In this document: one piece after another, positions 18,750 to 28,387 of the stretch | How positions within the stretch are numbered: position 1 is the stretch's first letter | Layout: every line of letters begins with the position of its first letter | Source of the DNA: Desulfatiglandales bacterium | GTDB lineage: Bacteria > Desulfobacterota > DSM-4660 > Desulfatiglandales > HGW-15 | Direction: 5' to 3' | DNA length: 64,000 nucleotides | NCBI GenBank assembly: GCA_963667015.2 | Contig: CAXXJJ010000001.1 | Span: 576,001 to 640,000 of the forward strand | Translations under genes and position numbers: made by a program | The notes under the pieces: generated by a model | What the model saw: the letters and a program-made list of their open reading frames with translations, nothing else | Database searches by the model: none | What the model was told of the DNA's origin: nothing

Positions 18750-21197
18750 ATGCTTTTGAATTTTATTAAAATAACGCTGCGGAAACTATACAGGGAAAAG
18801 CTTTATACAGTTATCAATGTTGCAGGGCTGTCTCTTGGAATGGCATGCTGTCTGATCCTGGGACTTTTTCTGCACAGTGAGCTGACCTATGACCAGTATC
18901 ATGTAAACCATAAACGGATCTACCGGGTTGAAACCGAACTTACCTCAAAGGGCGTCAGCAATAAACTTGCTCTGACTTCAGCGGCATTGGGATCTGAGCT
19001 AAAGAAGGAAAATCCGGATGTAATAGATTACTGCCGGTTCGCTGTTATAAATGACCCGGATGCCTCAAAGGGATGGCCTTTTTACTCAGGCGAGGATACC
19101 TTCTTCTGGAAAGATATCTACTCAGCAGATGATAATGTATTTGAGCTATTCAACTATGACATAATTTATGGCGATCCTAAAACCGCTCTGGTTGATCCGA
19201 ATTTTATAGCTGTAAGTGAGACCTTTGCAAAAACACATTTTGGTGATGAGTATCCTATAGGGAAAACTGTCAGCACAGATATAGCCAGCGTCAAAATCAG
19301 CCTGGTTTTTGCTGATCAGCCCAATAATACTCATCTGAAAACAGATGTGCTCATCTCCCACAATTATACGGCGTTAAGGTTGAACCCGTCCAATCTAAGG
19401 AATGACCTATGGGACCTCAGCGATTATACGTATCTGGTCCTCCCGGAGAATTATCCTCAGGCCTCTTTTAAGAAAATGACCGATGCTTTATATCAGAAAT
19501 ACATGAGAGAAATGGGTGAACAGCAAAACATGCAAATGAACTTTTGGATACAGCCTCTGAAAGATATTCATTATAAATCCGATGTGCAATATGACGAGGC
19601 TAATGGCAATATATTATACCTCTATGGTTCTGTCGCAATCGGTCTGTTGATCCTGCTGGTGGCCTGCATCAATTATATGAACCTGGCAACCGCACGATCT
19701 TTGAAGCGCGGAAAAGAAGTTGGAATGTATAAGGTTCTTGGCGCAGGGAAATCACAGTTGATTTTGCAGTTTATGGGAGAGTCTGTTTTGATTGCTGTCA
19801 TGTCCCTTTGCCTCGGCATGTTTATCGCAGAACTGATACTGACATTTACTCCGGTAAATGAAATTATAGGCAACCAGCAGCTGACCGATTATATAACCAG
19901 GCCCGTACTGTTATGGTGGCTGCTGGGATCGACTTTATTTACAGGTGTGTTATCCGGCGTATATCCGGCTTTTTATCTGTCTTCGATTCCTCCCATTGCC
20001 GCTCTGGCAGCAAACAAAAGAGCTGCTACAGCTCAATTTAAGCTGCGTCAGATCCTTGTACTTGCACAATTCATTATCTCCATAGGGGTCATTTCGAGTA
20101 CGTTTCTGATGGTATCTCAAATGAGATATATAACCAATAAACCGCTGGGGTTCGACAAACAGAACAGAGTGGTATTTCGATTATATGGTGCAGATGCACT
20201 TGATAAGCGGCAGGTCTTAAAAAGTGAATTGCTTAAAAATCCAAATGTGCTTGGTGTGACAGTCTGCAGTGAAATACCAGGCAGAACAAATAATTTTAAT
20301 ATGGGTGATGTGGAAAAAAACGATGGAACCATGGAGCAGCAAACATACAGCATGATGCTGGCACACAATGATGATTATCTGCATGTCATGGGGATGGAAC
20401 TCCTGGAAGGTCGGGATTTTTCTAAAAAATTACTCACGGATGTGGGTGCATCAGTCATTGTCAATGAAGCAATGGTAAAAAAGATGGCCTGGAATGAACC
20501 CCTGGGGAAGCGGATTCAGATAGGAAACAATGTGAGCAGAGTAATCGGTGTGGTGAAGGATTTTAATTTTAAATCAATGCATTCTCCGGTTGAACCGCTC
20601 GTACTGTTGAGAAACGATCCGGATTTCTCCGGGTTAGACGATGATCACAGGGCAAGGCAGAGTCGAATGATGGTAATCCATATCAACGGGGAAGATGTAC
20701 CCCGGACACTGGATCATATCAGGGATGTGATGGGTGAGTTCGATCCCAGGCACGCCCTGGAGTATGACTTTCTGGATGATACCCTCGATCAGCTTTATGT
20801 ATCTGAAAACCAGATAATAGCCTTAACCGGATTATTCGCCGGTATATGTGTGGTTATTAGTTGCCTTGGGCTATTTGGTCTTTCCGCATTTATTACAGAG
20901 CGAAGAACCAAGGAGATTGGCGTACGCAAAGTCCTTGGGGCATCGAGCACCCAGATAATTTTTATGCTCTCGGTTCCATCACTGATCCTGGTGCTTATAG
21001 CATCGGTGATTGCATCAACCTCTGCATATCTTGCAATAGGTGAGTGGCTCGCAGGTTTTGCTTACAGGGCTGATATAAATCCGCTGGTATTTGTGATGGC
21101 AACTGCACTTGTCATAATTGTTGCCTTTGTGACTATTGCTTTACAGTCATTAAAGACGGCGCAGGCTAATCCGGTTAAGGCGCTGAGGTATGAGTAA
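18750..21197 (+). CDS. ABC transporter permease 3 (MacB/FtsX-like)
   Basis: VACINYMNLATARS, ISCLGLFGL, RTKEIGVRK, NPVKALRYE. Confidence 0.92.
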   Translation: MLLNFIKITLRKLYREKLYTVINVAGLSLGMACCLILGLFLHSELTYDQYHVNHKRIYRVETELTSKGVSNKLALTSAALGSELKKENPDVIDYCRFAVINDPDASKGWPFYSGEDTFFWKDIYSADDNVFELFNYDIIYGDPKTALVDPNFIAVSETFAKTHFGDEYPIGKTVSTDIASVKISLVFADQPNNTHLKTDVLISHNYTALRLNPSNLRNDLWDLSDYTYLVLPENYPQASFKKMTDALYQKYMREMGEQQNMQMNFWIQPLKDIHYKSDVQYDEANGNILYLYGSVAIGLLILLVACINYMNLATARSLKRGKEVGMYKVLGAGKSQLILQFMGESVLIAVMSLCLGMFIAELILTFTPVNEIIGNQQLTDYITRPVLLWWLLGSTLFTGVLSGVYPAFYLSSIPPIAALAANKRAATAQFKLRQILVLAQFIISIGVISSTFLMVSQMRYITNKPLGFDKQNRVVFRLYGADALDKRQVLKSELLKNPNVLGVTVCSEIPGRTNNFNMGDVEKNDGTMEQQTYSMMLAHNDDYLHVMGMELLEGRDFSKKLLTDVGASVIVNEAMVKKMAWNEPLGKRIQIGNNVSRVIGVVKDFNFKSMHSPVEPLVLLRNDPDFSGLDDDHRARQSRMMVIHINGEDVPRTLDHIRDVMGEFDPRHALEYDFLDDTLDQLYVSENQIIALTGLFAGICVVISCLGLFGLSAFITERRTKEIGVRKVLGASSTQIIFMLSVPSLILVLIASVIASTSAYLAIGEWLAGFAYRADINPLVFVMATALVIIVAFVTIALQSLKTAQANPVKALRYE

Positions 21198-21202
21198 AAA
21201 GC

Positions 21203-21430
21203 AGGTTGAAGCAATTTAGACTGTTAAATGTTGCTACGCAACCCGCTTTGCGGATTTAAGAGGGTAAAGACTTTAGGTTGAAAGCAAAAGACACTTGGCA
21301 GGCTGTGTACCCCTCTTGCTCTTGATCATACTCGTACTCTTACTCTGTTTTTAAAAAAGCGAGATTAAGAGAAAGAGCAGGAGCAAGAATAAGAGAAAAT
21401 CTATGGACTATAGCCTACAGCCTATTGACT
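21203..21430. repeat. Nested intergenic repeats: AGGCTG arm with palindromic insert, 6-mer hairpin, CAGCCT arm
   Basis: Insert CTGTTAAATGTTGCTACGCAACCCGCTTTGCGGATTTAAGAGGGT (21221-21265); CTCTTG/AAGAGC hairpin 21314-21395; closing TAGCCTACAGCCTA. Confidence 0.7.
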
Positions 21431-21470
21431 GTAGTTTTAACAACCAACCACAAACAACGGACAACAAACA

Positions 21471-23912
21471 ATGTTTTTAAACTTTCTAAAAGTAACACTA
21501 CGTACTCTATATCGTGAAAAGGTATACGCCATTATTAATATTGCCGGCCTTTCAATTGCTATTGCATGTTGTACTATTCTCGGGCTCTGGCTCAAAGGTG
21601 AACTTACGTATGATCAGCATAATAAAAAGTATAAGCAGATTTTTAGAGTAGAATGTGAATACGTCGAAGAAGATGGTAAAACAAATGCAACTGCCATGAC
21701 AACAAGGCTGCTTGGCCCTATACTGACAGAAGAGTACGATGAGGTTAAGGGATTCGTAAGATTTGCGGTTATTGAGCAAAAGTTATTATTACGACATGAA
21801 GATAAGGCCTTTTACTGGGATCATACGGCGATTGCAAGTAACAGTGTATTTGAAATATTTGATCATGATTTTATTTATGGAGATCCGGAGACGGCAAAGA
21901 CCAAACCCTTCTATGCCGTGAGTGAAACATTTGCAAAAAAATACTGGGGCAATGAAAACCCTGTAGGTAAAATAATAACAAGGGAGGGCTACCCGGCTAT
22001 TATAACGCATGTTTTTGCAGACCTGCCTGAAAACTCCCATCTCAGGTATGATGTGCTTTGTTCGGAGGAGATACCTTTTTTTACAGAAAAGCAGGATGCG
22101 GCCGAGCGTGATATATCACTGTGGTGGACCGGCTATTATACATATTTATTAATGCCGAAAGATTATAATGTCCATGATTTTAAAGATATTGCTGACTCAT
22201 TTTATAAACGTCATATGGTAGCGTCAGGGAAAGCAGTGCATGGCGGGACATTGGGGTGGGATGTCTGGCTGCAGCCTCTGGCTGATATTCATTATAATTC
22301 TAATTCTGGTCTCAAACACGATCTGCCTACAGGAAACAAAAATTATTTATATGGATTTGCTGCAGTTGCGATTTTTATTTTACTTGTTGCCTGTATAAAT
22401 TACATGAATCTCGCGACAGCCCGGGCAGCGAAAAGGGCTAAAGAAGTGGGGTTGCGGAAGATTCTTGGATCAGACCGGTTACGCCTGATGCTTCAGTTCA
22501 TCGGAGAATCATTATTTTTTGTTTTTATCGCAATGTTTATTGGACTTGTTATAGTGGAAGTTGTGTTGAAGTTGACACCTCTAAGTCAACTGTTAGGAAA
22601 AAATCTCTCGTTGGACTTCAGCCAGCAGCCTTTGCTTATAGCATGGGTAATTATCTTCAGCTTTCTCTTTGGTTTAATGTCAGGAATATATCCAGCTATA
22701 TACCTTTCTTCACTCGTTCCTGTGTCGACCCTTATGAGCGACAGTAGATCTGGGAAAGGCAGTGTCAGGATGAGAGAATTACTGGTACTGGTCCAGTTCG
22801 CGATCTCTATTTGTGTCATAGTCTGCACTTTGATCATGTCTCTTCAAATGCAATATCTTTACAGTAAAAGCCTTGGATTTAAAAAAGAGAACCGGGTGAT
22901 AGTCCCTCTCAGGACCGGTAATGTAATTGATAGATACCCGGTTATGAAAAAGGAGATGTTAAAGAACAGCAGTATTCTGGTTGTATCAACATGTACTAAA
23001 GTGATTGGTGATGTGCTTGATGGTGTTATGATTCCAATAGAGAATAATAATGGTACTTCTCCGTTAACAGACGTAAATTATATGGATGTGGGCAACGATT
23101 TTATTAATGTAATGGGAATAGAGATGGCGGAGGGCAGAGATTATTCAAAAAGACTTATAACGGATGTGGGAAACGCGATAATCGTTAATGAAGCCCTGGT
23201 AAAAGAAATGGGCTGGGACCAGCCATTGAGCAGACGTGTTGCAGGCAACCGTGTTATCGGTGTTGTAAAAGATTTTAATTTTGGTTCTCTACATAGGTTG
23301 GTTTCTCCCCTCATTATAAATAAGCTTCCAAATAAAATTGGGAATTATACTCAGGATCGAGATAAAATGATTCAGTATCTGGTTGTAAATATCACCGGAG
23401 AGGAAATGCCCCAAACATTGAGTTTTATAGAAGATACAATGGCAGAGTTTGACCCGATTCACCCTTTTGAATTTAAGTTCCTGGATGACTATTTAAATGA
23501 ACTGTATTTTTCTGAGCAGCGGTTGATGAAACTGGTAGGTATTTTCGCTGCTGTTTGTATTTTTATTTCCTGCCTTGGGCTTTTTGGTCTTGCAGCATTT
23601 ACAACAGAACAGCGCACAAAGGAAATAGGAGTAAGAAAGGTAATGGGAGCATCCACTATGCAATTAATCGCCATGCTTGTTCGAAATATGTTTTACCTTG
23701 TTATGGTGGGGGCGGTGGTAGCCTCATTGGCCGCATATTATGCCATGGATGAATGGTTGAGCGATTTTGCATACAGGATAAATATAAATAGTGAATTGTG
23801 GGTATTTCTTGTATCAGCTTTGATTGTGGTTTTTGTTGCTCTGGTAACAATAGCCGCGCAATCATTTAAAACAGCGCAGTCTGATCCTGTTAAGGCGCTT
23901 CGGTATGAGTGA
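21471..23912 (+). CDS. ABC transporter permease 4 (MacB/FtsX-like)
   Basis: Same family motifs; ends DPVKALRYE. Confidence 0.92.
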   Translation: MFLNFLKVTLRTLYREKVYAIINIAGLSIAIACCTILGLWLKGELTYDQHNKKYKQIFRVECEYVEEDGKTNATAMTTRLLGPILTEEYDEVKGFVRFAVIEQKLLLRHEDKAFYWDHTAIASNSVFEIFDHDFIYGDPETAKTKPFYAVSETFAKKYWGNENPVGKIITREGYPAIITHVFADLPENSHLRYDVLCSEEIPFFTEKQDAAERDISLWWTGYYTYLLMPKDYNVHDFKDIADSFYKRHMVASGKAVHGGTLGWDVWLQPLADIHYNSNSGLKHDLPTGNKNYLYGFAAVAIFILLVACINYMNLATARAAKRAKEVGLRKILGSDRLRLMLQFIGESLFFVFIAMFIGLVIVEVVLKLTPLSQLLGKNLSLDFSQQPLLIAWVIIFSFLFGLMSGIYPAIYLSSLVPVSTLMSDSRSGKGSVRMRELLVLVQFAISICVIVCTLIMSLQMQYLYSKSLGFKKENRVIVPLRTGNVIDRYPVMKKEMLKNSSILVVSTCTKVIGDVLDGVMIPIENNNGTSPLTDVNYMDVGNDFINVMGIEMAEGRDYSKRLITDVGNAIIVNEALVKEMGWDQPLSRRVAGNRVIGVVKDFNFGSLHRLVSPLIINKLPNKIGNYTQDRDKMIQYLVVNITGEEMPQTLSFIEDTMAEFDPIHPFEFKFLDDYLNELYFSEQRLMKLVGIFAAVCIFISCLGLFGLAAFTTEQRTKEIGVRKVMGASTMQLIAMLVRNMFYLVMVGAVVASLAAYYAMDEWLSDFAYRININSELWVFLVSALIVVFVALVTIAAQSFKTAQSDPVKALRYE

Positions 23913-24037
23913 AAAGCAGGCTGAAGCATTTTAGGCTATAGGCTGAAAGGGAAAGACAATTGACGGATGACGTAACTCTCTTGCCCTTGCTTATACTCTT
24001 ACTCTGATTTTTAATCAGGATTAAGATTAAATTTTTC

Positions 24038-24062
24038 GTAGGGTGGTACTTTATGTGCCACC
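24038..24062 (+). repeat. GTAG-type REP-like palindrome
   Basis: GTAGGGTGGTACTTTATGTGCCACC. Confidence 0.5.
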
Positions 24063-24107
24063 TTGGCATTAAGCTTTTTTAATCTTGATTTCTATTCAAA
24101 GGAGCAA

Positions 24108-25448
24108 ATGATGAAAAGGTTCATAAAATTATCAATCCTGCTAATTGTTCTTATGCAGATAAATAACAGTCTGGCCAGCGAAAACATTGACGGCACCTGG
24201 CAGGGTACGCTTGAATCAGAACCTGGTCAGAAAATGCTTTTACAATTTATTATTACCCAGAATCCTGATGGATCATACTCAGCAGTTTTAAATTCACCTG
24301 GCATGGATGCCATAAAAAATATAAAGGCCGACTCAGCATCCTATAATTCCGGGGAATTGACTATAGATGTTACGGACTTCAATGGTTTGTATGAAGGTGT
24401 GTTAAAAGAGGGGAAACTTGAAGGGAACTGGAAGCAGGAAGGGACTTCAATTCCTCTTAACTTAAGTTTGTTAAACCTCGAAGAGCTGGAAAAATACTGT
24501 GGCACATGGCATGGGGAGATAAAGTTATCACCTGCGCATCCTTTTGTTTTGGAATTTCACTTTGGGAAAGATGAAAAAGGTGAGTTCACAGGATATTGTG
24601 ATGATTTAACCCAGGGAAATATGCACTCACCATGTAATAATCTCAGGTTCATAAACGATACTCTTATCTTTAATGTGTCCGGAATTCGGTTTGATTTGAA
24701 ACACACAGGTTATTTAATAGCTGGCGAATATAGAACTTGGGGTGAACCTGTCCCTATAACTCTCAAAAAAGGAGAATATGTCCCACCGGTACAAAGTTTA
24801 AACCTGCCAGAAGATGCCGTTAAAAAAATATCCGGTGAATGGTATGGCGATATTAATACATCCGATGGTGGCGTGAATACAGCTGTAATAAGATTTGAAA
24901 AAACTCAAAAAGGTGAATTCTTTGGGAATTATAAAGATGAAACTCCTCAAAGCCGGGAAGTCCCCATCATAGAAGCTGTTCTTATTGATAAGGCAATCAT
25001 TTTAAAATTGAAAAATAAAACTGAGTTAAAAGCCAAATTTGCAGGCGATGAATTAGTCGGTGAATTGATAGCAGGCAATAAGAGTGAACCTTTAACATTA
25101 AAAAAAGGAAAGTACGTACCTCCGGATTATAATCTGAACCTCCCTGATGAAATAGAGTCTCAATTATCGGGAGATTGGCAGGGGAGAATAGGGACTGCTG
25201 ACATTGTATTAAGCTTTATTAAATCAGACAAAAATGAGTTCTATGGTTTTATGGATATCCAGAGTTCGAACTACACAAGAAATGGTTTACGAATCACCGA
25301 AGCATATCTAAAAGAGAACAATCTTATACTAAAAATAAAATTAAACGGCGTACTGATTGAGGGGATATTAGCCGATAATCTTTTTGAAGGGGAAATCAAA
25401 AAGGGAGAAAAAATTAATCCTTTAATAATGGAGAAGGAGAAGAAATGA
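24108..25448 (+). CDS. Exported hypothetical protein with four tandem GxWxG domains
   Basis: SD AAGGAG, signal peptide MKRFIKLSILLIVLM...SLA; repeats IDGTWQG, YCGTWHG, ISGEWYG, LSGDWQG. Confidence 0.8.
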   Translation: MMKRFIKLSILLIVLMQINNSLASENIDGTWQGTLESEPGQKMLLQFIITQNPDGSYSAVLNSPGMDAIKNIKADSASYNSGELTIDVTDFNGLYEGVLKEGKLEGNWKQEGTSIPLNLSLLNLEELEKYCGTWHGEIKLSPAHPFVLEFHFGKDEKGEFTGYCDDLTQGNMHSPCNNLRFINDTLIFNVSGIRFDLKHTGYLIAGEYRTWGEPVPITLKKGEYVPPVQSLNLPEDAVKKISGEWYGDINTSDGGVNTAVIRFEKTQKGEFFGNYKDETPQSREVPIIEAVLIDKAIILKLKNKTELKAKFAGDELVGELIAGNKSEPLTLKKGKYVPPDYNLNLPDEIESQLSGDWQGRIGTADIVLSFIKSDKNEFYGFMDIQSSNYTRNGLRITEAYLKENNLILKIKLNGVLIEGILADNLFEGEIKKGEKINPLIMEKEKK

Positions 25449-25504
25449 TGGGAGAAAGGGTTCAAGGCTTTTAACAACCAACCACAAACAACGGACAAAA
25501 AACT

Positions 25505-27949
25505 ATGTTTTTAAATTTCATAAAAGTAACACTACGTACTCTACACCGTGAAAAGGTGTATGCAATTATTAATATTGCTGGCCTTTCAATTGCCATTGCA
25601 TGCTGTCTGATCCTTGGCCTCTGGCTGCGCAGCGAACTTACCTATGATCTGCATCATAAAAAACACAGACAAATCTACAGGGTTGCAAGTGATTACATCT
25701 TTGATGGTAAATCAACCCTTACAGCAGTGACCTCCCGTTACCTTGGGCCTATGCTTGCCGAAGAATACCCTGAGGTCAGAGGGTTTGTGAGATTTAGAAA
25801 GTTCCCCGGTTTTAAACTTTTAATGCGCCATGAAGAAAAAGCCTATTTCTGGGGAACTGTTTTTGTTGCCAGCGACAATGTATTTGATGTCTTTACTCAT
25901 GATATTATCTATGGTGATCCTGAGACCGCCCTTGTTGATCCTAGTTCTATGGCGGTGAGTGAAACATTTGCAAGTATGTATTTCGGTGATGCCAATCCCA
26001 TAGGAAAAACAATTGAAAGTAATGGAAAGGTAAGAAAGATAACACTGGTTTTCGCTGATTTACCGGAAAACTCTCACCTTAGATACGATGCCCTTTTTTC
26101 ATTTAACGATAAAGAATTTGCCGGAGAGGACAGTGTTACTGCCCGACAAAATGGGTTATGGTCTCCGAATGACTATACATATCTATTAATGTCCGAAGAT
26201 TATAATATCAGTGACTTTAAACATATCTCAGATTCCTTTTTTAAGAAGCATATGGCAGAAGTCGGAAAGACCTTCAATGGAACATGGAACGGCTGGCTAC
26301 AGCCTCTGAAAGACGTTCATTTCAATTCCAGATTATTATATGATGAGCCTGCGGGAAACAGGATTTATGTTTATGGCTTTTTAGCGGTTGCTGTTTTTAT
26401 CCTGCTGGTTGCCTGCATTAATTATATGAATCTGGCTACTGCGAGGGCGGCAAAAAGGGCTAAAGAAGTGGGAATGCGAAAGATTCTCGGTTCCGGAAGA
26501 TCGCGCCTTATGTTCCAGTTTATTGGGGAGTCACTGTTTTTTTCAATTATATCCTTATTTTTAGGTCTGGTTCTGGTTGAAGTTGTTTTAAAACTGACGC
26601 CCATTAATCAGCTGATGGGTAAAAATATATCATTGAATCTCACCGGCGAACCTTTACTTTCAGGTGCAATAATTGCTTTCGGTCTCATCCTTGGTTTACT
26701 TTCAGGGCTGTATCCAGCCATTCAACTTTCTGCGATGAAACCTTTAACTGTTCTTATAGGCAATCATAAGACAGGAAAAGGAAGTTCATTTTTGCGCCAG
26801 CTGCTTGTTCTGATTCAATTCATTGTTTCGGTTTCTGTTATCGCATGTACGCTGCTCATGGCTATACAGATGCAATATGTTTCAAATAAATCACTGGGTT
26901 TTAATAAAGAGAACCGATTGATAGTTACCCTGCGGGGCGCTGACCTTGTAGAGAATATGCCGACCATAAAAAAGGAGTTGTTAAAAAACCGCAATGTGCT
27001 CGGAATGGCCTTTTCTACCCATAAGATCAATAATACTCCCATAGCTTATTTAAACATAAACAATAATGACAATGTCACTAAAACGTTATCCGCAAATATT
27101 ATGGCTGTGAGTCAGGATTTCATAGATGTGATAGGAATGGAACTTACAGCAGGAAGAGATTTTTCAAAGGAACAGATAACTGACAAAAGATTTTCTTTCA
27201 TTGTCAGTGAGACAGTGGCCAATAAATTGGAGTGGGAACAGCCGCTTGGAAAGAGTATTGAGTATGGTGGAGCGGACGCAAAGGTAATTGGTGTTGTGAA
27301 GGACTTTCATCATGAAAGTCTCAAGAGTAAAATTCAGCCTTTTGTTTTAAGGATGTTTTCCGGTGTTGAGCAGGACAAGGTAGGTGACCAGGCCCGTGAA
27401 GCCATGATTTATTATCTCTACATTAATATCACTGGAAATGAGATAGCTCAGACGCTGGATTTTATTAAAACTAAATTTGAAGAATTTGACCCTGAACATC
27501 CTTTTGAATTTGAATTTTTGGATGATACTCTGAATGAAATGTACTTGTCTGAAACCCGCCTTATGAGCCTGATCGGTATTTTTGCAGGTGTCTGTATATT
27601 TATTTCATGTCTTGGATTGTTTGGACTTGCCGCTTTTACGACAGAACAACGAACAAAAGAAATTGGAATAAGAAAAGTCTTGGGCGCTTCCACCTGGAAA
27701 ATAATAATATTGCTTGCCAGCCGGATTTTACTGCTTGTTTTAAGCGGTTCTGTAATTGCATCTTTGATTGCCTGGTATGCAATGGATGAATGGCTGGCAG
27801 ATTTTGCCTACAGGATAAATATATTTAAGGATATCTGGGTCTTTTTTATCGCTGCAGCTGTTGCTGCCTGTGTGGCGTTTGCCACAATTGCATTACAGTC
27901 ATTCAAGACAGCGCAAGCTAATCCGGTGAAGGCGCTTCGTTATGAATAA
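25505..27949 (+). CDS. ABC transporter permease 5 (MacB/FtsX-like)
   Basis: Same family motifs; ends NPVKALRYE. Confidence 0.92.
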   Translation: MFLNFIKVTLRTLHREKVYAIINIAGLSIAIACCLILGLWLRSELTYDLHHKKHRQIYRVASDYIFDGKSTLTAVTSRYLGPMLAEEYPEVRGFVRFRKFPGFKLLMRHEEKAYFWGTVFVASDNVFDVFTHDIIYGDPETALVDPSSMAVSETFASMYFGDANPIGKTIESNGKVRKITLVFADLPENSHLRYDALFSFNDKEFAGEDSVTARQNGLWSPNDYTYLLMSEDYNISDFKHISDSFFKKHMAEVGKTFNGTWNGWLQPLKDVHFNSRLLYDEPAGNRIYVYGFLAVAVFILLVACINYMNLATARAAKRAKEVGMRKILGSGRSRLMFQFIGESLFFSIISLFLGLVLVEVVLKLTPINQLMGKNISLNLTGEPLLSGAIIAFGLILGLLSGLYPAIQLSAMKPLTVLIGNHKTGKGSSFLRQLLVLIQFIVSVSVIACTLLMAIQMQYVSNKSLGFNKENRLIVTLRGADLVENMPTIKKELLKNRNVLGMAFSTHKINNTPIAYLNINNNDNVTKTLSANIMAVSQDFIDVIGMELTAGRDFSKEQITDKRFSFIVSETVANKLEWEQPLGKSIEYGGADAKVIGVVKDFHHESLKSKIQPFVLRMFSGVEQDKVGDQAREAMIYYLYINITGNEIAQTLDFIKTKFEEFDPEHPFEFEFLDDTLNEMYLSETRLMSLIGIFAGVCIFISCLGLFGLAAFTTEQRTKEIGIRKVLGASTWKIIILLASRILLLVLSGSVIASLIAWYAMDEWLADFAYRINIFKDIWVFFIAAAVAACVAFATIALQSFKTAQANPVKALRYE

Positions 27950-27955
27950 AAGATG

Positions 27956-27997
27956 AACGCTCAACATCGAACATCCAACGCTTAACTTTGAATGAAA
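27956..27997 (+). repeat. AAC heptamer array
   Basis: AACGCTC AACATCG AACATCC AACGCTT AACTTTG AATGAAA. Confidence 0.75.
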
Positions 27998-28170
27998 GGC
28001 AAAGAACAATGAAAAACAAACTCGCAACATAATTATCGGAACTGGCAATGTTGCCAAATCCGATAAATAGAAAAAATAAAATAAAAATTATGTGTAATAA
28101 AAGGCAGTTAACCATTTTAGACATTTAATAAATAGCAGAATCAGAAATAAAATCCGAGGGGAGTTCATTC

Positions 28171-28212
28171 CTATTTGGCGAATATGGCAATATCGCCATA
28201 TTCGCCAAATAG
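28171..28212. repeat. Perfect 18-bp inverted repeat
   Basis: CTATTTGGCGAATATGGC-aatatc-GCCATATTCGCCAAATAG. Confidence 0.75.
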
Positions 28213-28387
28213 AAATATAAAATTAAAATTAAGTCGTAATAATAGATAGTTATCAAAAAAAACCGTTCCCCAAATACCAATAAAAATCGGCTTTTAAGCA
28301 GGTTGTATAAATAAAAGATTGGAGAAGTACACAAGGCGTAATGGTTTATTAAATTAACAACCAACAACAAACGACGGCCAACAAACA

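Noticed and set aside
10246..27693. Recurrent antisense ORFs ending VARFI (10246, 19673, 22586, 23489, 26422, 26815, 27448)
   Set aside because: Shadows of conserved permease motifs on the opposite strand
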